Positions 40,166-54,342 of a stretch of 64,000 nt of DNA are shown here, piece by piece. A program made the translations under genes and the position numbers. The stretch's first letter is position 1. Each line of letters starts with the position of its first letter. Source of the DNA: Epiperipatus broadwayi (lineage: Eukaryota; Animalia; Onychophora); contig JAQFVV010000003.1 in NCBI GenBank assembly GCA_028023455.1, positions 8,370,001-8,434,000 on the forward strand. The letters run 5' to 3'. The notes beneath the pieces were generated by a model. That model was not told the DNA's origin. It saw only the letters and a list, made by a program, of their open reading frames with translations, and ran no database searches.

Positions 40166-41469
40166 TTATTGATTATTTTAGTTTTATAACTTCTGCAAAA
40201 TGTGTATTATATGTGCTTTATAAATTATAAAAACAAATAGTATCCTTTCAAAAAAATCTGGTAGAAGAATCATGCACCACTCATATAATAATTGAATTTT
40301 AGATTTGTGATCACACATCAGAAGTAATTTTTGATGATTAGACAAAAAGTGATTAACACTTAAAATTAACATATTTCTACTGCTATAATTATGCTAGACA
40401 TACACTTGATGATGCCATGTGATCAATGAAAGTTCCAACAAAGGCAACTAAAACCATAGGATTTTCTCTGCAAATCTTTACTTTACTGTAGTACTTATAA
40501 AGGAAATAGTTATTATCATTCCTACTTCATAATAAATGCTATCTGTAATAGTTTATAGATCTGTCATTGTTGAATAATAAATACACCAATCTTACTGAGC
40601 CAACATTTGTCAGGCAATAACAGTTCATTTATGATAACCATAGAAGACTTCCTACAATCATTGGTATCACAGACTCTACAAAGTATTCTTGCAACCAATG
40701 CACAAGTTGCAATTTGATCATGGACCAAATCAGCTTCTTAAATAGTTCTATAACCATGTCTCTTTGAAACAAATCCAACATTTGACAGAATTGATCTTTA
40801 AGGATTCTTTGACTTTAGTTATAAGCTATAATAAATAACATTGAATTCCACTGTATTTGTTTCATTTAATATTAAAAAATGTTGTATTAAATGTTTTACT
40901 CCAATATGATTTATCTCTTAAAACTAGCACTTTTTAGTTGATGACTTTGATGATTTGCTAACACATATTGCTTTTCATAGTGCTACATTTCTCACTTATG
41001 AGTAAGGCAATTTTCACTTTGAGCTTTGTATAAAACTAAATAAATGAAGATTTAAAATAAATAAACTAGTTTTTCAAAAAGAGAATGTTAGCCACCTGTT
41101 AACACTTGGAAATCTACTCCAAGTTTCCACTTATATATATATTTGGTGCTAGCACATATACATATGACCTTTTATTTTCATTTAATTTTAAAAATGAATT
41201 TGACAAAAATAAAAAAAGATATAAAACAAACCTATTAAAATAAATTCTTACTAGCAAAAGAGAAGAGTTCCTGGTAGGATTTGCTAGTGCAAATTCACAC
41301 ACATTTCCCTACAGCTATACTATGTATTGATAAAAAAAAATATATTTTTTTAAAATAAAAAAAAGACAGCTGTTAGTCAAATCTTGCAGAACTGTTACAA
41401 TTATATGATTTTTCCCCATCCTTTCAAGAATCCCAATTTATTTTCACATCGAAATAGAATTATCAAAAT

Positions 41470-42400
41470 TCAATGTATTGATTTCTCCGCACAATCAAGC
41501 ACGAGCCAATGAAATAAAGCATATGTTGTAAAAAAAAAAAAAAAGGTATGGGAGGGGGATAAGAATGGGTTTTTTTTAAAGGATTCTTATAATATTTGGC
41601 AGAAATATTTGATTATTAAAAGTATAATGATTTTCCAAAAAATATATATATTATTATATAAGAAATATATATATACGAGAACATATGCATTGGTAAATTT
41701 ATGTGAGATAGAAGATATTAGTAAGACTACAAGAACAACATATAAAAAATGGATATAAAAAATAAATGTAAAACAGGAATGACGTTGTATGGCAGCGATA
41801 TTAAACTACCTTCAATTGTAGTATTTATTTAAATATTAAAGATGAAGTATTTGGTAAAGAAATATTCACAGTATGAAATTTGTAAATGATCCCACAGATA
41901 GCCATGCAATCGGTAAATATGAGTTTTTCTTTGATAAGAATGGATAAAATTCATAAAAAGTTTAGAAAGATAATCTATTTAAACGTAGTTATAAAAAATG
42001 ATGAAACGGATAAAAAAAAAATCAGTACAATAGTAGTTAATGAGGAAGTTTGTATATCTCAAGTATATATTTTTTAATACTTCGGCAGGTGATTATCTAC
42101 CATAAAAGTGAAAATTAAAAAAAATATATTTTTTTCTTTCTGTGATCCATTAAAGATCTAAAAGGTAGTTTTAATAAATGTTTTATCTAGTGTGGTCTTA
42201 TATGCATCAGATAATTGGATATTTACAAACAGTAAAGACATTAGACATATGATGAAGAAAAAAATAAATGGATAAGTTGAAAGAATAAGATTATAAATAT
42301 TTAAGTAATGGAAATAAAAGAAAAGAATAAAATTAAAAATGTATTTGTGTTACATAAAATGAAGATTAGAAATATAAAGTCCTATTAAAAAGATTAGTAA
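41470..42400 (+). mobile_element. Decayed RTE-like LINE RT fragment
   Basis: Degenerate FADD-like (MKFVND) and FVYL-like segments in purine-rich, stop-riddled sequence. Confidence 0.4.
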
Positions 42401-42824
42401 ATTATAAAAAAAAAAAATACTATTCTTATATATCCTCAGGATTTTATTTAATGTGTATATTTTTTCTCTCTTGGTAGCACACTAATAAAGACGAGATTCC
42501 AATTAGAAAATGGATTCATCATGTTCTTCAATAATGTCAAATTGAAAAGCCACTAATCCAACTACAAAAACGGAATGATGTATCATTTTAAAAGCAGATA
42601 AGATTTTCAAGGAAATTCATTTTAGAAATGAAAAAAATAAATTAGATTATGGTCAAAGTTTTCTTCTAAGTAGCATAAAGTAGAAATATATTTTACCCTT
42701 CTACTGAAAATTACTGTTTAGTTTATTAAGTTCTTACCTATTGTTAAAAAAAATTAAAATTATATTATCATAATGGTTATTGAGAATAACAATAATGCAA
42801 TAAAAAACATATTATGGTTTAGAT

Positions 42825-45678
42825 CAGCAGTCAGCAACTGGTGGTCCATGATGTAATTTTAATGGTCCGCAAAGAAATTCAGATGTTATTTAAATTCGCT
42901 AAGCTCATGTAATAAAATTTTTAAATAAAAAATAAATTTTGTTTAAGCTGTATCATTCATTATATGTAAAATAGAACAAGAACATTATATTGCTAATTGG
43001 TTTGTTATAAAATACTGCTATGACTTGCAAAACATCTACCCCAAAGGCATTTAATTAGCCCCTACTCGGTCAGTGGCATAGAAAAACTAACAAAATAAGA
43101 ATATCAAATTCTGTACAATTGACTAGGCATCAAATTTCATTAGGGCAGTTTACAATCCTATCAAAACCAGCCTATAATTTGTCCACACCATCAAACCAAG
43201 CCCATTCAAAACATAAGCTTAACTAATAGATGGTCAGATATGCGCTATCCTTTCTTTTGAACATATATATATATGCAACGAATGTTTGCCTTGTCAAATA
43301 TCAATTTAAATAAATGAAGCAATGAAATAGTTTTCCTTACTTAATAAAAAGTAAAAGCTCATTTAAAGAAGTCATTTAAATACATATATACTAACAATAG
43401 ACTAATGATCAATGTATTGTACATCATGAATTGAGATAGACTAAGTAAACAGGACAACTTAAGTGTGAAAAATAAAATTAGAATCCTATTATGTAATTTT
43501 ATTTTATTTTTTTTATTAACTACAACCAAGATAACTTGCGCAACAAGAGGCAGTTATGGCAATGTCGAAGGAAATGGAAAAGCTAGTATACCAAACACTG
43601 GAAACTAAGCTTGGTATAAAAGCAAACCCAGTTCATTTCCATCATCTTTTAATTAAAATAATGCATCAACCATAGAAAGCCAATTACCTGAGATCAAATG
43701 TTTGAATGCAAAAGAAAATGGATGACTCATTTGAATACTCTGAATTATCCATACAAGTTTCTTAGCGCAAAACCATAAAAAGTTAAAAACAATGTTTGAA
43801 TTAAAAGAAGTATGATAAGTTCATGCAATTTAATAAAATAAGTGAACTGTTTTTAAATTGATATTGGAGAAACCGTGCTATTATTCAAATATGAATAGAG
43901 AAGGAATAGAATTTTTGCTAGTGCTTAAACAAAATAAAGTAATATTTTTTTTTTTGCATAAACCATTAAATACCAAATCACAAATAAAGAAATTTTAAGT
44001 CTATTATAAACCACTGTGCAATGTATTCTGTCTAAATCACTAGTGCCATAGGACTGAAGTGCCACTACCCTGACCCTGGAAGTGCAATGACTTCATCTAC
44101 TTACCCTTATAATGCCTAAAAGAAGCTCCAATTGTTCTATGCCAAATGTCTATATGGATCGAGAAGAAAAACAACTACAGAGAATGGATGTAATGTTATT
44201 TCAAGCATGTTACATAGGAATCCAATGAATGATAGATGTGAACCAAGGAGAGCAATCCAAAAAAGAGATAGACTGTACCCATGAAGGAAGTTGTTCTCGA
44301 GCTCATAAACATTAAATAAAATAATTTGATGAAAACTCTGATTTTTGTTATGTACTCTTCTTATTAATATATTTATAAAATTCTTTTTTATTTTCTTTCC
44401 ACAAATTGGAAGTGTGTCTATGATTTGCAAGAGTGCATTATAAGTGAAAGCAGTAAGATGGGGGGGGGGGATTATTTGTTTTAGATAAAGTTTAGATCAG
44501 CTTTCTCTCCATAGCAACTTGACATTGATCACCATGATATGGGATAAGGTAAGATCTTTAAGACTATTCCATATTATGGGTACATACACTTATTACAGGA
44601 CAGAGTTCATGTTTTTTGTTTGTTATTAACTAATATTCAGTCGTGTTTATATTTTTTATATATATAAATGACTAATCTTCTTGTGTGGATGTTCTTTCCT
44701 GTTAACCATAGGGAACTATACATAAATAGGAGGATCTTCAAAGAAGATGGAACATCACTAATTTGAATTGGACAATGAGGCTACTATAGATATACCTGCG
44801 TATTATAAATTAGCTATGCAGTCAATTTAATAATTTTTTTTATTTGCTTTGTAAATAATTAGTGCTATGTCATGTATTTCTGCTATTGGGTAAGGGTTTG
44901 GAGTTGTGAATATATTTAATTGTTGATATGGTAGAAATCCATCCTTGACACACACAATTATACTACTTTATCTTGTTAAAGAATTTTAAATTTTTCTTTT
45001 TACTTTGTTTTAATATTTAATAAATGTTGTCAAATTTATTTACATTAAACTGGTCTCTAGTTTATCAAAATTATCCATGCATTCACTAATCACCCGATAA
45101 TCGAGGATACACACACACAACTCACTCTTATATAATAGTGTATCGTAACCTATAAAGAAGTGCAACAGTTGCTATCCCATATAAGTTCATTCCTGAAGAG
45201 AATCGAAAGCAGCTTTCTTCCCGAGTTAAAATACTGAGGCATAATGGAGCTCGAAGGAGGGGTGAGATATGGAAGAACTATCCCAAATTGTATCTAAATT
45301 TAATGTGTAAATACAAAGTTAGCCCATTGGAGGTAGATATGATCATAGTTATGTATTTCATTGCATCATTGAGGATCCTACCAGAAGACCCTAGATCCGA
45401 CCGTAGTGAGATGTGTTCCCCCTCTCTTGTGGTAAATCCCAGCCTGTCACATGTTGTGGTAATATCATTAGAGCCAAGGATTAGTAAAATAATTTCAAAC
45501 CAAGAGCAGCAAATGTCGCACTAATTTTTAATATATATTACTATTATTTTTGTGTTAAAATTAAAATTATTATTATATAAATAAATAAGTATGTATATCA
45601 AACTCAATGCTCATATTAATTCGTACCTTTAAAAATTATGTTACTGGTCCACATTATCTAAAAAATTGCCAACCGCTG
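42825..45678. mobile_element. hAT element with 8-bp target-site duplication GTTTAGAT
   Basis: gtttagat|cagcagtcagcaac ... ttgccaaccgctg|gtttagat (TSD 42817-42824 and 45679-45686). An 8-bp TSD and CAG-starting TIRs are typical of hAT. Confidence 0.8.
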
Positions 45679-46379
45679 GTTTAGATTAAATCTCTCCATT
45701 TTTGAATGAACATTGACAAATAAATTAAAGAAAATAGAAAAGAGAAATGAATTCTGTAAAAAACCATTGTATAATATTTTGTATGTTATTTAGTCATTTG
45801 AATTTTTCTATTAAAAAGTATTTTATCAAATAAATAATTTTTATATACTCAATGATAAACTTTTTAAAAAGTGTCATTATGCTGCAGTCGTATTTCTATA
45901 GATAATATTATTTATTAGTTTGTTTTATGATCATTTCCATTTACAATAAACTGTATGAATCAAATAAGCAGCACTCAATTATTAGCATGCCAAATTTTTG
46001 GAATAATTTCTGAAGGAATAATGTTGATAAATGGTCCCAACAATCATGCTTTTAATTTTTTTTAAAAACTCTGGATGCCATCTGCTATTGGGTTTCTGAT
46101 TTTAACATATGAAAGCAATTTTATCAATGACTATTGCTTTTATCAAATTTTATTTCCAAATAGCTGAATACCAAAAAAAAGCTCTCACATAGGTTTTAAT
46201 ATTTTATTTTATATTTACACAAATTGACATATATGCATTTTAAATTTATATATATATTACTATATCTGAAAGATGAAGAAGACATCAGTTCTATGATATG
46301 TCAGTAATAATGATCATTCTTAATAACAGTTTAGATTATTAATAATAGATTTCTAACTATATGATCTTTCCATTAACTC

Positions 46380-47328
46380 GTTGTAAATCGAAAGATTTCA
46401 TGAGTACTAATGTGTAATAGGAATTGTGGACGTAATCAGTGAAGTATTGAATAGCTTCATGCTCTCAGATCTAAATGTTTTAGTTTTGCCTATTCATATA
46501 GTAGGTTGAAGTAAAGAGGTTCTGCTCTTTTCTTCCAAAGTTGTAAGCTTGTGTTTAAGACATGTAGAGGTCCCTCTCTTCGCATTTTTAGGCGCATACT
46601 CTTGAAGTTCACAACCTTAATAAAATATTAATTACTAATAACTATATTATTATTAAAATATTTTTGTATAAATCGCATATTGTTGTTAAATTAGTAATAA
46701 ATTGAGAGGTTTCCAGTTTCTCGCATGTGCCTACTATTGCTTCTCAGACAGCCAATCAAATATTAAGACAGCAGTCTGAAGAGCGATCAAGCCTCAACAC
46801 ATAACAGAGTTTTTGATAAGAAAAGGATGGTCCCACCCTTCTCTCTACTTAACCTTTTATATATATATAAACCAGTCTTAAGCGTCTTGGCTTGAAAGCA
46901 TGAAGCTATAAATATATTCATATATTACTCACTGAGTCTTAACATCTGATTGGCTGTCTGAGAAGCAATAGTAGGCGCATATGAGACTGGCAACCTCTCA
47001 ATTTATTACTAATTTAACAACAAAATGCGATTTATACAAAAATATTATTTACATACGTTGCTGATAACTTATATTAACATCTAGAACATTAGGCATGGTA
47101 AATCTAAGATTTTGCACTGTACTATCGTAAATTAAAACTCAGTAATATATGAATATATTTATAGCTTCACGCTTTCAAGCCAAGACACTTAAGACTGGCT
47201 TATATATATAAAAAGTTAAATAGAGAGAAAGGATGGGACCATCCTTTTCTTATCAAAAACTCTGTCATGTGTTGAGGCTTGATCACTCTTCAGACTGCTG
47301 TCTTAATATCTGATTGGCTGTCTGAGAA
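46380..47328. mobile_element. PLE-like GIY-YIG remnant (minus, ~46380-46560) followed by nested inverted repeats (46657-46769 vs 46936-47046; 46741-46929 vs 47141-47328)
   Basis: IGKTK...EHEAI-like remnant; arms read directly as near-identical reverse complements. Confidence 0.65.
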
Positions 47329-48769
47329 TACCAAGAAGCACACATTCAACATTGCAGCTCTCAGCATATTTCCTGATTAGTAAATTAATGAAAAAAGTCT
47401 TCCAAAGATACATTACAAAATTAATCTATTTCTCAATCTCTTTCCCTTGGCCAATTTGCTGAAATATATATATATATTAAAAAAAACCATATACCTAAAT
47501 TTCTGTTGCAGAATATTATCATACAGGATGAAACCATAGCTGTACTTTTGTCCTGCTTATTTTGTCCTGTCAATTGATATTCAGACTTTTCTCACAAATC
47601 AAGCATACTGTTCAGATTTCAAATCTACGCAAAAGAATGTCCTAAAAATACAAATCTGATAAATTGTAATCTTAGTATTAAACAAATTTTGAATTGTTTT
47701 GGGCTCTTTTTGATAGTTTATCAAGCATATATTTATTTTTCATCAAAAATGTATGTAATCAAGAACCCAAGATAAGTGAAAGTTTGTTTGATATTATGCC
47801 AGTATCCATTCAAAAATGATATTAGTCAAATATCACAGAGTTTCTGATGTTTATTTCCAGTAATAAAATATTGTACATAATAGTCATGATAAAAAGTAAT
47901 AACCAATGGGTAGCCTCACTGTGATACCAAAGAATGCATTCTCAGCAGAGAAATTCCCTATTAGAAAGTATTCTATTTTGTTTGGGTTTTATATCATGTT
48001 AGGTTGAGTCATCAAGACATAGAATGATATCTCTTCGAAAGCATAGTGCAAAAAGACAGCCAGCAAAAAAATACTCAAAGAAGGTTGAGCTAAAATCAAA
48101 ATCTTGATTGGCTCCACGTTTAACATCAAAAGCATTTGATGTATTATCATCTCAAAATGAGAAAGTGAATATTAGATTCTACATTTTTGTGGAACAACAA
48201 AAGATATTTGCCTTAGTAGTATTCTGGTGAGCAACCAATGTTGTCAAGTTTTTGGCTCATCTAACAATTTGTAAAGAATCTGTTTATTTACAGATCTCAG
48301 TATCTTTGCTAAATCAACTATTAAAGATATTTTATATTGTTGTGCATGCCTTTATTGAATTATTTATATCTGAAACTAATATTAATGATTCAATGTCCAT
48401 TTCAGATTGATTTAAAACAAAGATAATCATACACCATGTTTTGAATATGTTACATCAATTTCCAAGGTGAAGTTAGGGATTTTTAAGGTGTGAAATATTA
48501 CATAAATATGAGATCTCTTGAGGTTTCTGAAAGCACCTTAAAAGAATTTAATGTAAAACCTTACTTATAAAACTTAACAAAAAAAAAATATACCCCATAT
48601 ATTATTATTTTGTACCATGTCACAATTTAGCATTACACATACAGCAGTATAAAAAAATAATCATTATTCAAGTATTTTGGGTAAGAAATGAACAAAAGTG
48701 TTGCAAAAGTATTCTTTATTCTCTTTAAGAATTTCAATAGAAATGGCATCCTCATTTGATGCTTTAAAC

Positions 48770-48866
48770 TTTATCAATAGTATCTTAAGTTTTTTTTCAG
48801 GAAGTAGAAAGGCTATTTTTATCAATAGTATCTTAAGTTTTTCTTCAGGAAGTAGAAAGGCTATTT
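48770..48866. repeat. 48-bp tandem duplication within decayed DNA-transposon-like sequence
   Basis: tttatcaatagtatcttaagttttt.ttcaggaagtagaaaggctattt occurs twice; this explains the repeated peptide in ORFs 48664-48873 and 48698-48892. Confidence 0.9.
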
Positions 48867-51800
48867 CAGGCATTTCAAGAAGATTGGTATGAATTTATTT
48901 AATTAAATCACAGTTTACTGATTTGCCTCCAACAACTAGCTTAGAATAACGTTCAAACTACTTTTATTCATTCTATTAATAATGATTTTTTTTCTATAAA
49001 CAGGTTTCATAGAAATTATTTTGTTGATGCAGATCCATAAGTCATTCATATTAATGCACAATGATTTAGCAATCTTCACTTTGTTTTTCTCTAACATAAA
49101 TTTATATAATGTTCACTTGGGTTTATAGCAAATACATTACACTACTGATTTCACATATGGTAACGCCCCTTAAAATTTTGCAAAAGATATTATAATCCCC
49201 ATTATTGTTTTTATTTCAGTTGGTGGTGTGTTCTGCACCATGGTAGATTAGCAAAATCTGAGGGCTAAATATTCTTGGACCAATATTTAGCAGAATAAAA
49301 TTTTTAAAAAATGGCATTTTGGTCAAGTGAATGGAACTTTCGTGTGCAACCTGATAATTTAAAGACTCAATGTTATCAGAGATATATTTTCATCTCATTA
49401 TGTATACATTTCCTATCCTACAATGAAATGCCTATTTTGGCTGATACAATCAATAGCTAAGTGTTATTAAAATTTATTTTTGAAATCTCTCAATTTATAA
49501 AAACCAGTTGATTACTCTAATGGATTTGATTTTTAGTTAGTCTATGCATCTACAAATTAAATAGCAATTTGAAATTTTGATATACCTATTTTATTAAAAA
49601 ATAGAAAACATTTAAGGATGAAAGTAAGGTAAAACAACAGTGATGGTGAAATCAATGGCTTTATATTTTTGTCAGTTAGCTTGTAAGAAATTCAAATGAA
49701 AATATTGATTATGAAACTGCACTACCTTCTGGATCATTTCAATAATAGTGAGAAGCAGTTTATTCAATATCGAATTTAAATGTATCCAGTCTTTTAAATA
49801 AATATAAAGCAATTTTATGATTGACACTTCTATAAAAAAGTCACTGGGTTCCCTTTTTGTTAAGAGTGAATAAAATCAAGAAGTTTATCATATTACTTTT
49901 ATATGTAAATAATTTAACTTCATGCATATAATTTGTAAATTTAAAATTACTTTTGAGTGTAGATTTTAACATCAGCTACTACAGACATTGAGAGTTATAT
50001 GAATATATATGTCACTTTAAACTCACGTATATTTTTATGTATATTAACACATTACTGTAGTTGTTTTATTTTTTTTATTTTTATTTTTTATGTTTCTTTC
50101 CAAAACCCATTAAACTATGTTTTAGTTTTGGATTACATTATTTTAAGATTTAAAATATGCTATTATCTAAAACCAAACAGATTGGCAAAAGATTGCATAG
50201 CAAATATTTTTAATGCTCAGGGCTTTTTAAAAAAGTGTGATATCTTTAAAAATAAAAAAGCCATTATTACAGTTTGCCTTATTTTTTGGAAAATAATAAA
50301 AGTAAATAAAATTGAATTTATTTTGTCTGAATTCCAAACTGATGGCTTAAAAAAAAAAAAAAAATCAAAGGAAGACTTAACTAGATCAAATGCCTAAAAT
50401 ATTCATTACCAGGTAATAATTTGGATTCAGCCAAATACTACCAAATACTATTCTTTGTCAGAATCATGTGGCCTGCAATTATTTTGAATGAAATACTTAT
50501 TTTTGTAATTATATCTGGAAAATATGAAGAAATGGTTTTAATAATATGGTTAAAGGTTAAATAATCAATTAAAAATATAACATTAAATGTGTGCATTCGA
50601 CAGGATAGAAATTGAATTGTAATTTTGTCTATTAGTAATCAGAGATAGAGTTTCGATTAGTAACTAGAACTTTATAGGCATAATAAAGTTAAACTGGCTG
50701 GATAAGTCAACGTATTGGGAAGTAATTTGGTAATCGAGGGGGAGGGGAAATTTTTTATTTATTTATTTAATAGTTATTAAATTTGGATTATAGTTAGGAT
50801 GCCAGCTGTGCTGCAAGTGACAGTAAATGAGTTTAATATTAATAGTCCTGTTGATTGGCCAATTTATCTTTAGAGGATTGAAAAATTGCTTTTTACTAAT
50901 GGGACTGTCAGTAATCCCATTAAGGTTGCCATGTTATGCCGGGCAACAAGTGATAGAAATCACAAATCAGATACGATCACAAACCAGAGAAATTGCTGTA
51001 CAAATTAATAGTTGAAAAACTAAATAATTATTTTAGTCCCAAGCCCTCTAAGCATGTAATGCAGCTACATTCTAGGAATAGATGCAAAATAAAGGAGAAG
51101 GCATGTGATTATGATCAAACATTGAGGTAACTTGCTAATAGTTATAATTATGGTGATGCATTAGAGGATAATCTACTTGAACAATTATGGGTGGATGTCT
51201 GATGATAGGCTTAGACAGAAGTTACTAGCCTCAAGAGACTTGATGTACAAGGAGACAATCAAAATGGGAGTTAACCAATCATAATTTCATAATTTTATTA
51301 ACAACAACAAATGTAGTGCATTTATATAAAAAACTGAAAATAAATATCAGACTGCTAAGAGTAAGACTAAGGAAATTGTTTGCTATTGTTGTGCAAAAAA
51401 GGCTGCATGGCACGAAAATGTAGATTTAATAATGTTGTAAAGCCTGTGGCAAAGTAGATCATTTAGAGAAAGGATGTAAGTCTAATGGGGAAAAAGATTG
51501 TAGCATCTTGCCAACTTTTCCAAAGGGAAATAAGCAGAAATGCTAAATATATAATACCCAGATTACTCATGGCAATCAATTTATGATATCAGTGAAATTA
51601 TTAAATACAACTTTGAAAAATGGAAATGGAAAGTGGATCACGTGTGTTAATGATGGCAATCAAAGACTGGGATAAAGTAATAAAAAATTGTAAGGAAATC
51701 CCCTATATTAATGAGAACTAGTTTGAAAGTGAGTAGATATTAATGGTAATATTATGAGGATATTAGGGAAAGTAGTTATAAATGTAGAGTTTTAAAAAAA

Positions 51801-54015
51801 GTCTGTAAATTACCATTGTATATAGTACAAGGCAATCTTAACCCCTATTCTATGTAGGGAATGGTTTAAGGTTCTGGAAATAAAAATATATACGATAAAA
51901 ATTATTGAGGAAAAAATATGCACACAAATTTATTTAAAAAATAGAGCCAAATCATTATTCCACCAGTAGATATAGTGTTGCAAGATGAAACAACCACAGT
52001 GATTTGCAGGCCTAGGAAAGTTCCTTTTGCATTACAAACTAAAGTGAAACAAGAGTTAAATGATCTAATTAGTAAAGGAATATTGACACTGGTCAAGAAA
52101 GTCAAATGGGCCACTCCAATTGTGGTGATAGCTAAACCAAACAGACAAATTCACATTTGCGGAGATTACCACACTATGGTAAATAAAAACCTACCAAAAA
52201 GTCAGTATCTGGTGCCTAACATCAGAAAAATATTAGCTAATATGGAAAAGCCAAGTCATTTCACTTAAATTGAATTGAAACTTACATTTCATCAGATTCC
52301 AGTTTTTAAAGGCATCTCCGAACTATTAACGATAACTACTCACATAGGATTGTTTAACTACAATAGGCTGTCTTATAGAATTACCATTGCACCAAACATC
52401 TTCCAAATCAAGATGAACAGGCTGTTCCAACAGATGGATGGTATAACACCCCATTTTTGATGATATTTTAATAGTTGCAAATTCAGAAAAGAAATTACGT
52501 GACTTGTAAAAGTTTGCGATACGTTATCTAGTTTGGGAACTAGAATAAACCCAGAAAAATGTATCTGGATGATGACTGAAATAAAGTTCTTGGAACATAT
52601 CATATCAAGCAAGGGAAAAAGCCCAACCCTCAGAAAATCATAATCATAAAAGAAGCCCTGAGAAGTAGAAATGTACAGAAACTACAGGATTTTCTGGACC
52701 TGCTTAATTATTTTGAAACTTTTCTAAGGAAAAAATGCATTTAGCAAGACTATTATATAATTTGTTAAGAAAAGATCAAAAATGGCATTGGGATCAAGCC
52801 CCCAAATTGCTCATGTCAGATAGTTTATTAGTACACTATGACGGTAGTCTCCAACTGATACTAACATAGATGCATCAGATTTTGAGATAGGAGTGCTTTA
52901 AAGTCATACAGTAGCTGAAGGTGAGTGACCAATAGTCTTCGCTTCTAGAACATTAACCAAAGCAGAGCAAAACTAGTTAACTAACCAAAGAGGCATTGGT
53001 TTGTTATATTTGCAGTTAAGAAATTCCACCAATACTTATATAGTCGACCATTTTAGATCTTTACTGATCATAAACCACTCTTAGGAATATTGTCTAAAAA
53101 TAAAACTGCACTAGATCACTTGAGCCCTAGAATAGTATGTTGGTTGAATTTATTAGTGGGTTATGATTTTGAGCTAAATTTTAAAAAAGGAAATGTCATT
53201 AAGCATGAAGCTGTATTGTTGAGAGTCCCAGTTAAATCAGTTCCATAGAAACTTGATCCAACCATTACCTACATAGACAACTGGAATAATGTAGTCATAG
53301 ACAGTAAAAACATAGTGGGTTGGACAAAAGCTGAACATGGTTACAAACTATTGATCAAATGGATCAGCAAAGGCTGGTCCAGAAGTTATCCCAAGATACA
53401 TCATAAAGCTATATGAGATAGATATAAGAGAAAAATTTGTCTATAAATAAAGATGCATGTTAATGGATGATACAGTATTAACACCTAGTAGTAGTCATCA
53501 TCAGGTTCTTCAGTTTATTCATCAATGTCATCCTGGTATTGTATGGTCTAAAGCACTTGCTCAAAGTTATTTACGGTGGCCTGGAATTAAATCTGAAATA
53601 GAATAATTTGTGAAAATCTGCAAGAATTGACAAATGAATGCAAATGTTCCAAAAAAAAATTATATTACCTTAACTTTAGTTGAAAAAGTTTGGAGTCATA
53701 GTCACATCAATCATGAGGAACTGTTCCATGGCTAAATTTTTTTATTAGTGATTGACTCATACTCAAAGTGAACTGAATATAGAATTGGAAAAAATATCAG
53801 TACCAAAGAAACAATCAGAAAATTTTTGCTTTTTGTGGTTTTCCCAAAACAGTAGCATCCAACAATGGAACCAGTTTTATGTCAATTAAATTTGAGGATT
53901 TTTTTAAACAACGGGAAATTAAAATACATATACCCATGCATCCATATTACACTAAGGTCTAATGGTATTGCAGAAAAGACAGTACAAATACTAACACAAA
54001 TGTTATGAAAGGAAA

Positions 54016-54342
54016 GATAGTAATTATACCATGCTTCGAACGCTTGTTGGTGAAGTTAGAATTATCAAAATTAAATATTAGGCTTAGTGCTTTCGAGGTC
54101 TTTTAACCTCATATTCAGCTATGAATATGAGGTTAAAAAGACCTCGAAAGCGCTAAGCCTAATCATGCTTCGAACGCTTGTTGATGAAGTTAGAAATATC
54201 AAAATTAAATATGAGGCTTACCTCGAAAGCGCTAAGCCTAATATTTAATTTTGATATTTCTAACTTCACCAACAATTGTTCGAAGCGCAGTATAAAATTA
54301 CTATTATAAATTTTGGTGAAGTAAATTATTTATTAGTGTCAC
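54016..54342. mobile_element. Palindromic hammerhead-only PLE-type insertion into the Gypsy integrase, 9-bp TSD GAAAGGAAA
   Basis: TSD at 54007-54015 and 54343-54351; removing the insert restores the integrase frame. The insert is alternating inverted copies of a ~90-nt terminus containing AUGAAUA U GAGG...CCUC GAAA GCGC UA AGCC. Confidence 0.82.
54118..54160 (+). ncRNA. A3-U8 hammerhead motif with extra U (N7 = A), short stem I
   Basis: gct atgaata t gagg-loop-cctc gaaa gcgc ta agcc. Confidence 0.6.

Noticed and set aside
40994-41008. CTTATGAGTAAGG match to the U12 snRNA 5' region
   Set aside because: Only 13 nt; the rest of U12 is absent.
45185-45225. CTGAAGA G-AAT-C GAAA GCAGC TT as a hammerhead
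   Set aside because: Stem II is only 1 bp and no stem I can form.
45230-45524. GARRRGE as a tyrosine-recombinase TG.R..E motif
   Set aside because: A single short match inside the hAT element, with no H-x-x-R or catalytic Tyr motif.
50580-50690. 5' LTR of the Gypsy element
   Set aside because: Only a weak short similarity to the end of the candidate 3' LTR; no TSD identified.
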